A stretch of DNA of 48,659 nt, from NCBI GenBank assembly GCA_044342325.1, contig JBIIPZ010000024.1, forward strand, positions 1 to 48,659, given 5' to 3'. Of the stretch, positions 29,457-39,620 are shown piece after piece (position 1 is the stretch's first letter; each line of letters starts with the position of its first letter). This DNA comes from Terrimicrobiaceae bacterium. Its GTDB lineage: Bacteria; Verrucomicrobiota; Verrucomicrobiia; Chthoniobacterales; Terrimicrobiaceae. The position numbers and the translations under genes were made by a program. The notes below the pieces were generated by a model, which did no database searches, had not been told where the DNA came from, and saw only the letters and a list, made by a program, of their open reading frames with translations.

Positions 29457-30962
29457 ATGCTCATAAAAAACAAAACACTGGCACACCTTGCAGCTGCGAT
29501 TCTCGCGGCAGGGTCTCTCACCCTCTCGGCGGCGTTCGCTCAAGACGCCACCACAACCGTCGTTGAACAAACGACCACAACCACTGTCGTGAGCGAAACC
29601 ACGGCTCCAGCGGAGGCCGCTGCACCGGCTGAGCCGACCATGGAACAGCGCCTCGCTGACCTTGAGGCCTATGTCAACAACTCGGCCCGCACGCCGGATG
29701 TGGCATCCAAGATCGCCGGCCCCGGCCCCGGTCATAATGCGTGGCAGATGGTGAGCACGGCTCTGGTTCTCTTCATGACACTACCCGGCTTGGCCCTCTT
29801 TTATGGTGGCTTGGTGCGCTCGAAGAATGTGCTTTCGATCCTGGCCATGACACTTGGAATCGCTGGACTGGTTACGATTCTATGGTTCCTGTGTGGATAC
29901 AGCCTCACCTTCTCCGGTGGAAACGCCTTCATCGGCGATCTGGCACAAGCCTGCTTCAACGGGATGCTCCCGGGCAATGTCGGCGCGGGCTACTACTGGA
30001 TCTCCGACTACATCTGGGCAATGTTCCAGCTGACCTTCGCGATCATCACACCAGCGCTCATCTTCGGAGCCACCGCAGAGCGCATGAAATTCTCCGCCGT
30101 GCTTCTTTTCACAGCGATCTGGATGTTTGTCGTTTACTTCCCGCTCGCCCACATGGTTTGGGCTGTTAACGGTTTCATGTGCGGTCCTCTTAATGCGGAT
30201 GCCGGCATCAAGGCGATCGATTTCGCAGGCGGCACGGTGGTTCACATGAGCTCCGGATGGTCCGCTCTTGTTCTCTGCATCATCCTCGGGCCACGCCTTG
30301 GATTCGGCAAAGTCCCAATGCCTCCGCACTCCATGGTTCTCTGCATGGTGGGCACTGGAATGCTCTATGTCGGCTGGTTCGGTTTCAACGCGGGTTCCGC
30401 ACTCGGAGCTGACGCAATCGCTGCAAACGCTTTCACCAACACATTCATCTGCGCTGCCACCGCTGGCTTTGTCTGGGGTGTTGTGGAATGGATTCTCAAA
30501 GGCAAACCGAGCGTGTTGGGTTTCTGCTCGGGCATCGTTTCTGGTCTCGTTGTCATCACTCCCGCAGCTGGATTTGTCACACCGGCAAGCGCGATGATCA
30601 TGGCTGTAATTGCCGGCATCGTTCCGTTCTTTGCGGTCGTTTACCTGAAGAAAATGCTGGGTTATGATGACGCCCTCGACACCTTCGGCGTCCACGGCGT
30701 TGGCGGCACTTTGGGAGCCATCTTGACTGGTATCTTCGCGAGTCCTTCCGCTAACGGGGTCCTGGAAAGCATGAACCTCATGGACGGCCTCCTCCTCAAT
30801 CAGCTCAAAGCCTGCGTCCTGACCATCGTCCTCTCCGTCGTGGCGACAACAATCATCGCCCTGATCGTGAAATACACCATCGGCCTCCGCCCAACTCAAG
30901 AAGTCGAAGATGCAGGTCTCGACACCTCAGAGCACGGCGAAGAGGGCTATCTCATTGACTAA
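29457..30962 (+). CDS. amtB: Ammonium transporter
   Basis: FMTLPGLALFYGG, FQLTFAIIT, DFAGGTVVH, WFGFNAGS, DDALDTFGVH (twin His intact); signal peptide. Confidence 0.97.
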   Translation: MLIKNKTLAHLAAAILAAGSLTLSAAFAQDATTTVVEQTTTTTVVSETTAPAEAAAPAEPTMEQRLADLEAYVNNSARTPDVASKIAGPGPGHNAWQMVSTALVLFMTLPGLALFYGGLVRSKNVLSILAMTLGIAGLVTILWFLCGYSLTFSGGNAFIGDLAQACFNGMLPGNVGAGYYWISDYIWAMFQLTFAIITPALIFGATAERMKFSAVLLFTAIWMFVVYFPLAHMVWAVNGFMCGPLNADAGIKAIDFAGGTVVHMSSGWSALVLCIILGPRLGFGKVPMPPHSMVLCMVGTGMLYVGWFGFNAGSALGADAIAANAFTNTFICAATAGFVWGVVEWILKGKPSVLGFCSGIVSGLVVITPAAGFVTPASAMIMAVIAGIVPFFAVVYLKKMLGYDDALDTFGVHGVGGTLGAILTGIFASPSANGVLESMNLMDGLLLNQLKACVLTIVLSVVATTIIALIVKYTIGLRPTQEVEDAGLDTSEHGEEGYLID

Positions 30963-30976
30963 CGCAGCACTCATAA

Positions 30977-31330
<354 letters not shown>

Positions 31331-31351
31331 GGGATAGTTTGGCATAGTGTG

Positions 31352-31390
31352 AAGCGGCGGGGGAATGTGAGCCCCCGCCGCTTTTGCTTT
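31352..31390 (+). terminator. Intrinsic terminator after the PII gene
   Basis: AAGCGGCGGGGG-loop-CCCCCGCCGCTT followed by TTGCTTT. Confidence 0.8.
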
Positions 31391-31501
31391 CCTTTCGGAA
31401 TATCATCTGGCGCAAATGCAAATGGTTTTTCTAAACCCGCAAAAATTTTTTTCCAACTTTGCCTTGTCCTTCCGCTCCAGTAACGGAAAACCATTTGTCA
31501 A

Positions 31502-32548
31502 ATGACTGAAACCAATCCCTCAGATAAAGGATATCGAATGCCGGCCGAGTGGGAACTCCACGAGGCGACTTGGATCTCCTGGCCCCAGCCTGATTGTAAC
31601 AGCTTTCCGGGATCCTATGATCGCGTCATTTCGACCTTCGTAAAAATGGCGGAGGCTCTCGCGGAATCCGAGATTGTCCGAATCAATGTCAGCAGCGCCG
31701 ATCAGGAGAAAGCCGTTCGCAAGCTTCTCCGCTCATGTCCCCCGGAGCGCGTCGAGTATTTCCATATTCCAACCGACGAACCCTGGTGCCGCGACCACGG
31801 GCCCATTTTTGTAAAGCGCGACAAGTCGCCGCAGCTCGCTGTGCTGAATTTTGGATTCAACGCCTGGGGCTACAAACTCTCGCCCTTCGACGAAGACAAT
31901 GCCGTGCCGCCCGCCGTTGCAAAGGCTCTGGGCCTGCCCATTTTCAACTTCGAACATTTTATCCTCGAGGGCGGCTCGATCGATACCAATGGCCAAGGCA
32001 CGCTCCTCACCACCGAGAGCTGCCTGCTCAATGCAAACCGCAATCCCACGCTCGACCGCACGGCCATCGAGAAAAAACTCCGCGACAAACTCGGGGTAAA
32101 AAAAATTCTCTGGCTCGGCGATGGCATCGAGGGCGATGACACGGATGGCCATGTCGATGACATCACGCGTTTCATCGGCCCATCCACCGTCATCACCGCT
32201 GTGGAGGAGGACGAACACGATCCAAACTTCGAGCCGCTCCAGCAGAATCTCGATCGCCTGCATACCATGCGCCTTGCTGATGGCGAGCCGCTCCATGTGC
32301 TCACGCTGCCCATGCCGACACGCATCATGCGAGACGGTCAGCGTCTGCCCGCGAGCTATGCAAATTTCTACATCGCGAACTCGGTCGTTCTTTTGCCTGT
32401 CTTCAACGAGCACAACGACTCATGGGCGGTCTCTGCTTTGCACGAGGCGTTCCCCGACAGGCGCATCGTCCCGATCGATTGCCGCGAGCTCATCTGGGGG
32501 CTTGGAGCCTTCCATTGCCTCACCCAGCAGCAGCCTCAGGCATCCTGA
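31502..32548 (+). CDS. Agmatine deiminase / peptidyl-arginine deiminase family protein
   Basis: RMPAEW, WCRDHGP, LEGGSI, DTDGHVD, ASYANF, GAFHCLTQQQP. Confidence 0.95.
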   Translation: MTETNPSDKGYRMPAEWELHEATWISWPQPDCNSFPGSYDRVISTFVKMAEALAESEIVRINVSSADQEKAVRKLLRSCPPERVEYFHIPTDEPWCRDHGPIFVKRDKSPQLAVLNFGFNAWGYKLSPFDEDNAVPPAVAKALGLPIFNFEHFILEGGSIDTNGQGTLLTTESCLLNANRNPTLDRTAIEKKLRDKLGVKKILWLGDGIEGDDTDGHVDDITRFIGPSTVITAVEEDEHDPNFEPLQQNLDRLHTMRLADGEPLHVLTLPMPTRIMRDGQRLPASYANFYIANSVVLLPVFNEHNDSWAVSALHEAFPDRRIVPIDCRELIWGLGAFHCLTQQQPQAS

Positions 32549-32590
32549 CCACTGCCCTGGCTTATGAATCCCGCTGCCGCGCGCAAGAGG

Positions 32591-32689
32591 GGAGCACGGT
32601 CGTCTCGACCGTGAAAGTCACTCGCGCCGCCACCTCATAGATTCCCAAACCACATCTTGCGCCAACACAGCTGAGACGGCCATGCTCCC
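32591..32689. repeat. GGAG-type REP doublet (REPIN-like) between convergent genes
   Basis: GGAG-CACGGTCG-TCT-CGACCGTG plus an inverted partner (reverse complement GGGAGCATGGCCGTCTCAGCTGTG). Confidence 0.75.
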
Positions 32690-32720
32690 TTGAGACGCCG
32701 CTTCGCGGCTGAAAGATGGG

Positions 32721-33887
32721 TCAAGCCGGAGGTCGACCCTCCAACGATTTCGTGCTGCCGCGTGAGTCAGCCCTTTTCAGAAGGAACGAGGCGATGGCGC
32801 GGGAGGCGGAAGGCTTTTGAATCTGGACGAGATTCTTCCGCCAGGTCCGCCAGAGGGCGGCTTCGTTCGCCATCGCGCCTTTCACAATATGCAGGATGTC
32901 CGCAGGGCTGTTTGAGGCCAGGGCGCCAATAGCGGTCTGCTGGATGAGGGCGATGTTGCCCTCCTCCTGGCCAGGAACAATGTGATTCACCACAAATGGA
33001 ATCTGCGCTGCGATGGCCTCCTGCACGGTCGCGCCGCCGGCTTTGCCGATGAAAATATGATGCGATCCCATGAGATCTGGCATTTTGTCGGTCCAACCGA
33101 TTAGGTGCCCTCGCTTTGGCAGACCCGCACGGGAAAGGGCTGCATGGGCATCCTGCCGCCGGCCGGTGATGACTGTGACACTAGCTTTCTCAATCGTCGA
33201 AAGATGGTTTAGCGTTTCAAAAGCGCGTTGCAGTGGACCGCCTGGAAAAAAGAGCAGTCGCCAGTTGCCATCGTGGGGAGGCGGCGCGGGAATGAACTCG
33301 TCGAATTGAAGGCCGACTGGAAAACCCAGCACATGGATTTGATTTTCTGACACGCCATCGTTGCGCAGAACCTCTGCGGTGGGTTCATCGGCTACAATCG
33401 CTCCATCGCACGGGTAGCGATACCATGTCTGGTTGATCATCGTGGAATCTGTGATGACCATGTAAAAAGGCATAGCCACAGTCGGGTCCACGCGCCGGAT
33501 TCTTTGCATGATGTAGCCGAAGACAGGATAAGTGGATGCGATCAGATCCGGTTGGAACTCCCGCACCAGTGAATGCACAGCGTTCGTGAGCTGCAGCAAA
33601 AGCGGCGCCATGCCCTCGATGACCTTCGGTTGGCTGAGCATCGCAAAAACCATCTTCCAAAGTCGGGGGTAGTTATTGATCGCCGCCGCATAACCGCGCT
33701 GGATGCAGCGGTTCACCACAGGGTTCGTTCGCGTGTAGGGGTCCACCACAAGCACCTCCACATCGCTTCCGGCCTCTGCTTGAAGCGCCTGCTGGATGTT
33801 ACGGGCGGCGGTATTGTGACCCTCTCCCATGCTGGCGGTCAGGATCAGAATACGAACTGGTCTTTTTCTGGATGAAATCACTCGCAA
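32721..33887 (-). CDS. MGDG synthase / UgtP-like glycosyltransferase (GT28)
   Basis: ASMGEGHNTAA, STYP, VITD, GKAGGAT, PGQEEGN. Start uncertain. Confidence 0.88.
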   Translation of the reverse strand: MRVISSRKRPVRILILTASMGEGHNTAARNIQQALQAEAGSDVEVLVVDPYTRTNPVVNRCIQRGYAAAINNYPRLWKMVFAMLSQPKVIEGMAPLLLQLTNAVHSLVREFQPDLIASTYPVFGYIMQRIRRVDPTVAMPFYMVITDSTMINQTWYRYPCDGAIVADEPTAEVLRNDGVSENQIHVLGFPVGLQFDEFIPAPPPHDGNWRLLFFPGGPLQRAFETLNHLSTIEKASVTVITGRRQDAHAALSRAGLPKRGHLIGWTDKMPDLMGSHHIFIGKAGGATVQEAIAAQIPFVVNHIVPGQEEGNIALIQQTAIGALASNSPADILHIVKGAMANEAALWRTWRKNLVQIQKPSASRAIASFLLKRADSRGSTKSLEGRPPA

Positions 33888-34010
33888 GCGATCGTCTCAA
33901 AAAAAACCATGGAATCAAGCAGGCGAAGAGGGCCTTAGACTGAAAAAAGGCGAAAGTTTTCTTTTGCCTTTCAGGAAAAAAACGATTCACTGCGCTAACC
34001 AGCTTCCCCT

Positions 34011-34268
34011 ATGTCCCTTAAAAGCATTCTGGAAAATCTCTCCATACTCCCGCCCAAGGCCATGCTGATGCTTCTTGCCACAGCTGTTTTGTTGGTCGGT
34101 GGCTATTTCTTTACTCTGTATGCGATTCACGGTTTTAGCCCTGATTTTCTAGAGATCAACAAGTGCGTTGAGTCCGGCGGACGCTGGAACTACAAATCGC
34201 GGAGCTGCGAGCAAGTTTACGAGTCGAAAAATTCTTACGACCAGGGCAGAGAGAATTCCTATCCTTAA
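34011..34268 (+). CDS. Small hypothetical membrane protein with a C..GG.W....C motif
   Basis: One TM followed by KCVESGGRWNYKSRSCE. Confidence 0.6.
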   Translation: MSLKSILENLSILPPKAMLMLLATAVLLVGGYFFTLYAIHGFSPDFLEINKCVESGGRWNYKSRSCEQVYESKNSYDQGRENSYP

Positions 34269-34328
34269 CATTTCCGTGTCCATAGGCTGGAGCGGACGGG
34301 CTTGCCACTGGTGTGCCGTGCTGAAAGG

Positions 34329-34556
34329 ATGCAGGCCTCGATGTTGAATCAATTCAGTTCAGCCCAATTTCTGCTCGGGGAATTCCTGTTGCCCTGGGAA
34401 ATTGCGATCGCCACCGTTGGCTTTCTCGCGGCTTGGTTACTGCTTGTTGCTATCGAACAACTCGGTTGGACACGGCATCTCTGGAATCTTCCCCTGCTTT
34501 TCATCGCTCTCGTCATCTTGTTCGGTTCCGCTTTGGGACTCTGCCTCGCACCATGA
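34329..34556 (+). CDS. DUF1656/AaeX-like small membrane protein
   Basis: GEFLLP, RHLWNLPLLFIAL; ATGA overlap with the HlyD-family gene. Confidence 0.75.
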   Translation: MQASMLNQFSSAQFLLGEFLLPWEIAIATVGFLAAWLLLVAIEQLGWTRHLWNLPLLFIALVILFGSALGLCLAP

Positions 34557-35413
34557 ATAAAAGCACCGCCTTCATCGTCACCTCTACGGTTGTTGTTCTC
34601 GCCCTCCTGGCCGCTCTTGGGATGTATCAACGTTATTCCACACAGCCTTGGACCCGCGACGGTCAAGTGCGCGCGAATATCGTGGGCATCGCCAGTCGCG
34701 TCGCCGGTCCCATCGTGCAAATTCCCATCCGCGACAACCAGCAGGTAAAAAAAGGCGACCTCCTCTTCGAGATCGATCCCTCGACCTACATCGCCACCGT
34801 CAACAACTGCGGAGCCAAACTCCAACAGGCCCAAGCAGCCCAGATTCAGGCAAAACAGGAACTCGACCGCCAGACCACTCTCTACCAGACCAAAGTCAAC
34901 GACCTCCGCGATCTCCAGAATGCCCAGGATTCCTATGTCGCCGCCGAAGCCAACACGGCCGCAGCCCAAGCGGATCTTCAGACTGCCCAACTCAACCTCA
35001 GCTACACCAAAATTTTCGCCCCCGTCGATGGCTACCTCACAAACATGAACACCTCGGCCGGCACCTATGTCTACGCCGGCGAGCAACTCCTCGCACTCGT
35101 TGACGCCAGCTCATTCTGGATAGCCGCCTACTTCATGGAAACCCAACTCCACCACCTTCAAGAAGGCGGCAAGGCATCCATCACATTCATCGGTCGAAAT
35201 AACCAACCCTTCGAAGGCCTCATCGAAAGCATAGCCTGGGGCATTTTCGACCCCGACGGCTCCACCGTGGAACTCCTCCCCAAAGTCAGCCAGACCATCG
35301 ACTGGGTGCGCCTCCCCAACCGTTTCCCCGTCCGCATCAAAGTCACAGGAACTCCCCCCATCCCCCTCCGCATCGGCCAAACCGTCTCCGTGTCGACATC
35401 CCCAGCCCGCTGA
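34553..35413 (+). CDS. HlyD-family membrane fusion protein (AaeA-like)
   Basis: PWTRDGQVRA, DNQQVKKGDLLFEID, APVDGY, YFMET, WVRLPNRFPVRI. Confidence 0.92.
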   Translation: MNKSTAFIVTSTVVVLALLAALGMYQRYSTQPWTRDGQVRANIVGIASRVAGPIVQIPIRDNQQVKKGDLLFEIDPSTYIATVNNCGAKLQQAQAAQIQAKQELDRQTTLYQTKVNDLRDLQNAQDSYVAAEANTAAAQADLQTAQLNLSYTKIFAPVDGYLTNMNTSAGTYVYAGEQLLALVDASSFWIAAYFMETQLHHLQEGGKASITFIGRNNQPFEGLIESIAWGIFDPDGSTVELLPKVSQTIDWVRLPNRFPVRIKVTGTPPIPLRIGQTVSVSTSPAR

Positions 35414-35541
35414 AAAAGCAGGCTAGGCCGGCCTCTCCTTTTGGACTGCTGCCCCTGAAAAACGAGTCTATTTTTGCCTTTGTAAATGGAGGCCAATCTT
35501 AGAAACGCATTCCCTCCGTTACAACCGATTTCAGCCACCTT

Positions 35542-35662
35542 AAACTAGGGGTCAGTGTTCATTTTCTTTCAAAATGATTTTTTAGATTTAAAAAATGCAT
35601 AAATATTAATTAAAAAATGGTTTTTCTGAAAAAAGGAGAAAATGAACACTGACCCCCAGTTT
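35542..35662. mobile_element. MITE/REPIN-like element: 26-bp inverted repeats around an AT-rich core
   Basis: AAACTAGGGGTCAGTGTTCATTTTCT ... AGAAAATGAACACTGACCCCCAGTTT, 25/26 complementary. Confidence 0.7.
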
Positions 35663-35738
35663 GAGGGAAAAGAGCGTTTCTCATCTAAAATCATCAAGCG
35701 GGCGCTCTCCAAATAGTTCAGCGGGGGGCGGATTTTTG

Positions 35739-36071
35739 TTAGACCTCGATCGCTTCGCAGACCTCGCGCCAGCCGGTGAAATTCCATTCGTTGGGAAATC
35801 CGGAGCATTGGATTGGTTTGACTGGCTGGATTCGGCAGTCGCGGCCCTCCAGGAAAATGCAGGCACCGTCGGGCTGGTCGGTGAGGGCGAGTCCGTCTCG
35901 GCGGGGGCGGAGTCGGGTGAATTCTTGGATGAAGTCGATTTCCGAGAGACCGAGGAAGTCGGATACGGCGCTTATGTCTGAGTCCGTAAGTTTCACAAAG
36001 CCTGGCCAGCGGCAGCAGTTCGTGCAGCGCTGGCAGGCGTAGCGGGGTGGAGTAGGAGAGTTACTCGCCAA
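35739..36071 (-). CDS. YkgJ-family CxxCxxCC cysteine-cluster protein
   Basis: CQRCTNCC, GACIFL, CRI..KP.QC..FP. TTG start at 36071 is tentative. Confidence 0.85.
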   Translation of the reverse strand: MASNSPTPPRYACQRCTNCCRWPGFVKLTDSDISAVSDFLGLSEIDFIQEFTRLRPRRDGLALTDQPDGACIFLEGRDCRIQPVKPIQCSGFPNEWNFTGWREVCEAIEV

Positions 36072-37125
36072 GCCGTTTTCCGGGCAGGAGGTAGTTGACG
36101 GCATAGTCGCGCACGGCGTCCTCGAGCGAGGTTGTGGGCTTGGTGTAGCCCGTTGCGCGGAGTTTCGAGATGTCCGCGCAGGTGTAGTATTGATACTGGT
36201 GACGGATGTTTTCGGGCATGTCGAAAAACTCGATGTTGGGAGTTTTTCCAAGGGCCGCGAAGAGGGAGTTAGCCAAGTCGATCCAAGTGCGAGCCACGCC
36301 GGAGCCGATGTTGTAGAGACCGCCTGCGTCTTCATTCTCGGCGAGGTGGAGTGTCATCTCCACGGCATCCTTCACATAGACGAAGTCGCGCATCTGGCCG
36401 CCATCGGGGTATTCCGGCTTGTAGCTTTTGAAGAGGCGAATGCGGCCGGTTTTCTGAATCTCATCGAATGCCTTGCAGACGAGGCTGCGCATGTCGCCTT
36501 TGTGAAATTCATTCGGGCCGAAAACATTGAAATACTTAATCCCGATGATGTCGGGCAGGATTTCCTCGCGTGAGGCGTGTAGGTCGAAGAGGTGCTTCGA
36601 GTAGCCGTAGAGATTCAGCGGACGAAAGCGCGAGAGGTCCTCGGTTTTATCATCCATCCCTGCGCTGCCGTCGCCGTAGGTCGCAGCGGAGGATGCGTAA
36701 ACAAAGCGGGCTCCGGAGAAGAGCGCCCAACGGCAGAGGGACTTGGTGTAGGCGTAGTTGTTTTTCAGCACGAAATCGGAGTCCGTGACTGTGGTGGCGG
36801 AGCAGGCTCCCAAGTGAAAGACCGCCGAGAAGCGTCCGAAATGATCGGCATCCTCTTCGATTCCGCTCAAAAATTCATCCGCCGGCACATAGTCCTCGAA
36901 TTTCAGTGGGAGAAGATTTCTCCATTTCTCGTCTTCACCGAGGCAGTCCGTGACAATGATCTGCGTGATGCCGCGTTCGTTGAGGGCATGGACGAGGGCG
37001 CTTCCGATGAATCCGCCGGCGCCAGTCACAAGCACCCGGGCTTTCTCGTGGAGAAGCACATCGGGCGGATTGAGTCTCTTCTCACCGCTGAGGCGGGAAC
37101 GGAGCGGACGGGGTTGGGTTTTCAT
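36061..37125 (-). CDS. hldD: ADP-L-glycero-D-manno-heptose 6-epimerase
   Basis: VTGAGGFIGS, FHLGACSATT, YASSAATYG, PLNLYGYSK, HKGDMRS, YQYYTCAD. Confidence 0.95.
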   Translation of the reverse strand: MKTQPRPLRSRLSGEKRLNPPDVLLHEKARVLVTGAGGFIGSALVHALNERGITQIIVTDCLGEDEKWRNLLPLKFEDYVPADEFLSGIEEDADHFGRFSAVFHLGACSATTVTDSDFVLKNNYAYTKSLCRWALFSGARFVYASSAATYGDGSAGMDDKTEDLSRFRPLNLYGYSKHLFDLHASREEILPDIIGIKYFNVFGPNEFHKGDMRSLVCKAFDEIQKTGRIRLFKSYKPEYPDGGQMRDFVYVKDAVEMTLHLAENEDAGGLYNIGSGVARTWIDLANSLFAALGKTPNIEFFDMPENIRHQYQYYTCADISKLRATGYTKPTTSLEDAVRDYAVNYLLPGKRLGE

Positions 37126-37148
37126 AGTGTCGGTGGTGTCTTGGGGAA

Positions 37149-37790
37149 TCAGTGCAGGTTGATGCCCGCCGCCTCGAGTGTTTCATCGAAGAGGGCGGTC
37201 TTTGGGCCGAAGATGTATTTCGCGCCGGCCACATATTCGCGTGCCTTTTTTTTGTTGCCCGCATGGTTCTCATAGGCGGCCTGGGCGTAATACCACGCCG
37301 GGGAGTTGCCGGGATATTTGATGGCATTCATCACCTTCTTGGCCCGCTCGGTTTCATTGAGACCCAGATCGCAAAGCATGACTTTGAACTGGAGCAGTTC
37401 GTTCCCGGTATCCGTGCCTCTCATGGCTTGAAAATGCTCGCGGGCCTCGGTGTATTTTTTTTCCAGAAAAAGAATTTCTCCGATGTTGTAGAGCGCCGGA
37501 AAAAAACCGGGGGATTTTTTCACGGCCTTCCGAAAGTAGGTTTCAGCCGCGAGAAAATCTTTTTTCCGAGTATAAACGGAACCAATCAGATTTAGAATGA
37601 GCGGATCGTCAGGAAGTTTCTTCTGCAAGACCTCCAACTTGGCGAGGGCTTCGTCATTTTTCTTCTCACCAAAATCAGCCAGCACGGACTCAATTGCTGC
37701 TTGGGTCGACTCCTCGGGCAGTGGAGCGGAGACCTGTCCCCATGCGGTCGCTAGAACCAGTGGAAGTAGTAAAAAGATGAACGGATGCAT
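37149..37790 (-). CDS. Exported tetratricopeptide-repeat protein
   Basis: Signal peptide followed by TPR-like helices (LNLIGSVY...AETYF.KA; LYNIGEILF...Y.EA). Confidence 0.8.
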   Translation of the reverse strand: MHPFIFLLLPLVLATAWGQVSAPLPEESTQAAIESVLADFGEKKNDEALAKLEVLQKKLPDDPLILNLIGSVYTRKKDFLAAETYFRKAVKKSPGFFPALYNIGEILFLEKKYTEAREHFQAMRGTDTGNELLQFKVMLCDLGLNETERAKKVMNAIKYPGNSPAWYYAQAAYENHAGNKKKAREYVAGAKYIFGPKTALFDETLEAAGINLH

Positions 37791-37904
37791 GCGTGCGAAT
37801 GCGGTAACTTTGAAGCGCTTCGCCATAGCGGGCAATCTCAAATCCTTTTGCATCCGGTCGGCAAAGCATTCGCCATCCCCGGCGAAAATCGCTATTCAAG
37901 CGGC

Positions 37905-38393
37905 ATGAACAATCCCGGCGCCGAACCCTTGGAGATCGAACGAAAATTTCTCATCGTCAGTGATGGCTGGCGTTCCTTGGTGGAGGGCACTCCCAAGCGG
38001 CTCTCGCAGGGATACCTCTGCTCGGACTCCCGCAAGAGCGTGCGCGTGCGCATAGCCGGCGAGCGTGCGACTGTCACCGTGAAAGGCGCTCGCGAGGGCA
38101 TCACTCGCTTGGAACTTCAATACGACATCCCCGTGCGCGATGCGGAACTCATGCTGGCTCTGTGCGAGCGTCCTCTCATCGACAAAACCCGCTACATTGT
38201 GCGTCACGACAGCATGAAGTGGGAGGTGGATATCTTCCACGCCGAAAATGAAGGCCTCATGGTCGCAGAAATCGAGTTGGAGCGCGAAGACCAGCCAGTC
38301 AACCTGCCGGATTGGGTCGGCCAGGAAGTTTCCCAAGAGGCCCGCTACTACAACTCCTGCCTCACAAAAAAACCCTACTCGACTTGGAAGTGA
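37905..38393 (+). CDS. CYTH-domain protein (triphosphatase/adenylate cyclase-like)
   Basis: EIERKFL, QGYL, VRVRI, KTRY, WEVD.F, AEIEL. Confidence 0.93.
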   Translation: MNNPGAEPLEIERKFLIVSDGWRSLVEGTPKRLSQGYLCSDSRKSVRVRIAGERATVTVKGAREGITRLELQYDIPVRDAELMLALCERPLIDKTRYIVRHDSMKWEVDIFHAENEGLMVAEIELEREDQPVNLPDWVGQEVSQEARYYNSCLTKKPYSTWK

Positions 38394-38448
38394 GCGTGGT
38401 TGAACAAGGATTTCAGGATTAACGGGAGGGGTTGCTAAAAACTCGGGC

Positions 38449-39504
38449 CTAACCCTCAAACGAAAACGCATAGACCGTGGTGTGGTCGTAGCGCCTTCCG
38501 GGGCGGAGGATGATGTTGCCGAGCGCGGGCGTGTGCACGGCGCCGGGGCAGCCTTGGCATTCGAGGCAGAGGCCTGCGTGTTTGATGTAGGGGATGCCGG
38601 ATTTGCCAACGAGGGTGCCATCGAGAATCGCAGCGCTGTAGATTTGCACGGTGTCCTGCGTAGTGAGGGTGGTCATGGTCAGACCACTGCTCGGATGCCT
38701 TAAAACAGCGGTTCGCGCGAGTTCGCCTTTGGTGGAACGCCTGATGAAATGGTTGTCGCCATGGTTGTTTAAAAGCACGGGAATCGCGTCGCCCACGCGG
38801 CGGGGTTGGTTGAAATCATTCACCTCCGCGGTCACTGGCAATCGATGGCCGAGCAGCGTCATGGATGCGTCGGTGGCGGCGATTTCATCCGAGAAAATCT
38901 GCAGCTCATGATCAAAAATTTCGCCACTGCCTTCGCCGGCGAGATTGAAATACGAGTGGTTCGTGAGGCTCAGCGGCGTGGCCTGATCGGTCTCGGCCTC
39001 GTAGCGGATGACGAGTTCGTTTTTTTGAGTGACTGCGTAAGTCACCGTCACGCGCACATTGCCGGGGTAGCCTTCATCGCCGTCCGGGCTTAGATAACTC
39101 AGACGAAGGACGGCTTCATCGGCGCTTGAGGAGGGCTCGGCTTGCCAGAGTTGTTTATCAAAGCCCGATGGGCCGCCATGGAGATGATTCGGGGCGTCAT
39201 TGGCGGCGAGCTGGAATTCGCGGCCATCGAGTTGGAATTTGGCATCGCTGATGCGCCCTGCAACGCGACCGACTAAGGTTCCAAAATAGGGATGCGGTCC
39301 GAGGTATCCCTCCAGATTATTGAATCCCAGCACGACATCGACCTCGGATTGATCGGGGCGTGTGACGCGAATCGCCGTGACGATGCCGCCGTAGTTCGTG
39401 ATGTCGCACGCGAAGCCTGATCCATTCGAGAGGGTGAACAAATCGGCTTCGCGTCCATCGGGCAGATTGCCGAAGGGGCGGTGTGTTACGGAGGATTCAG
39501 ACAT
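38449..39504 (-). CDS. galM: Aldose 1-epimerase (mutarotase)
   Basis: YFGTLVGRVAGRI, NHLHGG, GYPGN, LTNHSYFNL, GLCLE. Confidence 0.93.
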   Translation of the reverse strand: MSESSVTHRPFGNLPDGREADLFTLSNGSGFACDITNYGGIVTAIRVTRPDQSEVDVVLGFNNLEGYLGPHPYFGTLVGRVAGRISDAKFQLDGREFQLAANDAPNHLHGGPSGFDKQLWQAEPSSSADEAVLRLSYLSPDGDEGYPGNVRVTVTYAVTQKNELVIRYEAETDQATPLSLTNHSYFNLAGEGSGEIFDHELQIFSDEIAATDASMTLLGHRLPVTAEVNDFNQPRRVGDAIPVLLNNHGDNHFIRRSTKGELARTAVLRHPSSGLTMTTLTTQDTVQIYSAAILDGTLVGKSGIPYIKHAGLCLECQGCPGAVHTPALGNIILRPGRRYDHTTVYAFSFEG

Positions 39505-39555
39505 AATTGCAGGTAAGAATTTTTAGACAGAATTAATAGAATTTCAAAATTAACG

Positions 39556-39582
39556 AAAAAAGTCGCCGAGTTCTTCGGCGAC
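39556..39582 (-). terminator. Intrinsic terminator after the TIM-barrel gene
   Basis: Minus strand GTCGCCGA-AGAAC-TCGGCGAC-TTTTTT. Confidence 0.7.
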
Positions 39583-39620
39583 CCTTTTGGTGTATTTTAT
39601 CAGGCCAACCGCCTTGGGGC

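Noticed and set aside
31339..31356. Possible second sigma54 promoter (TTGGCATAG...)
   Set aside because: It lacks the TTGC -12 element at the required spacing and overlaps the terminator.
36072..36335. Long N-terminal extension of the YkgJ ORF
   Set aside because: It lies within hldD in another frame and has low-information composition.
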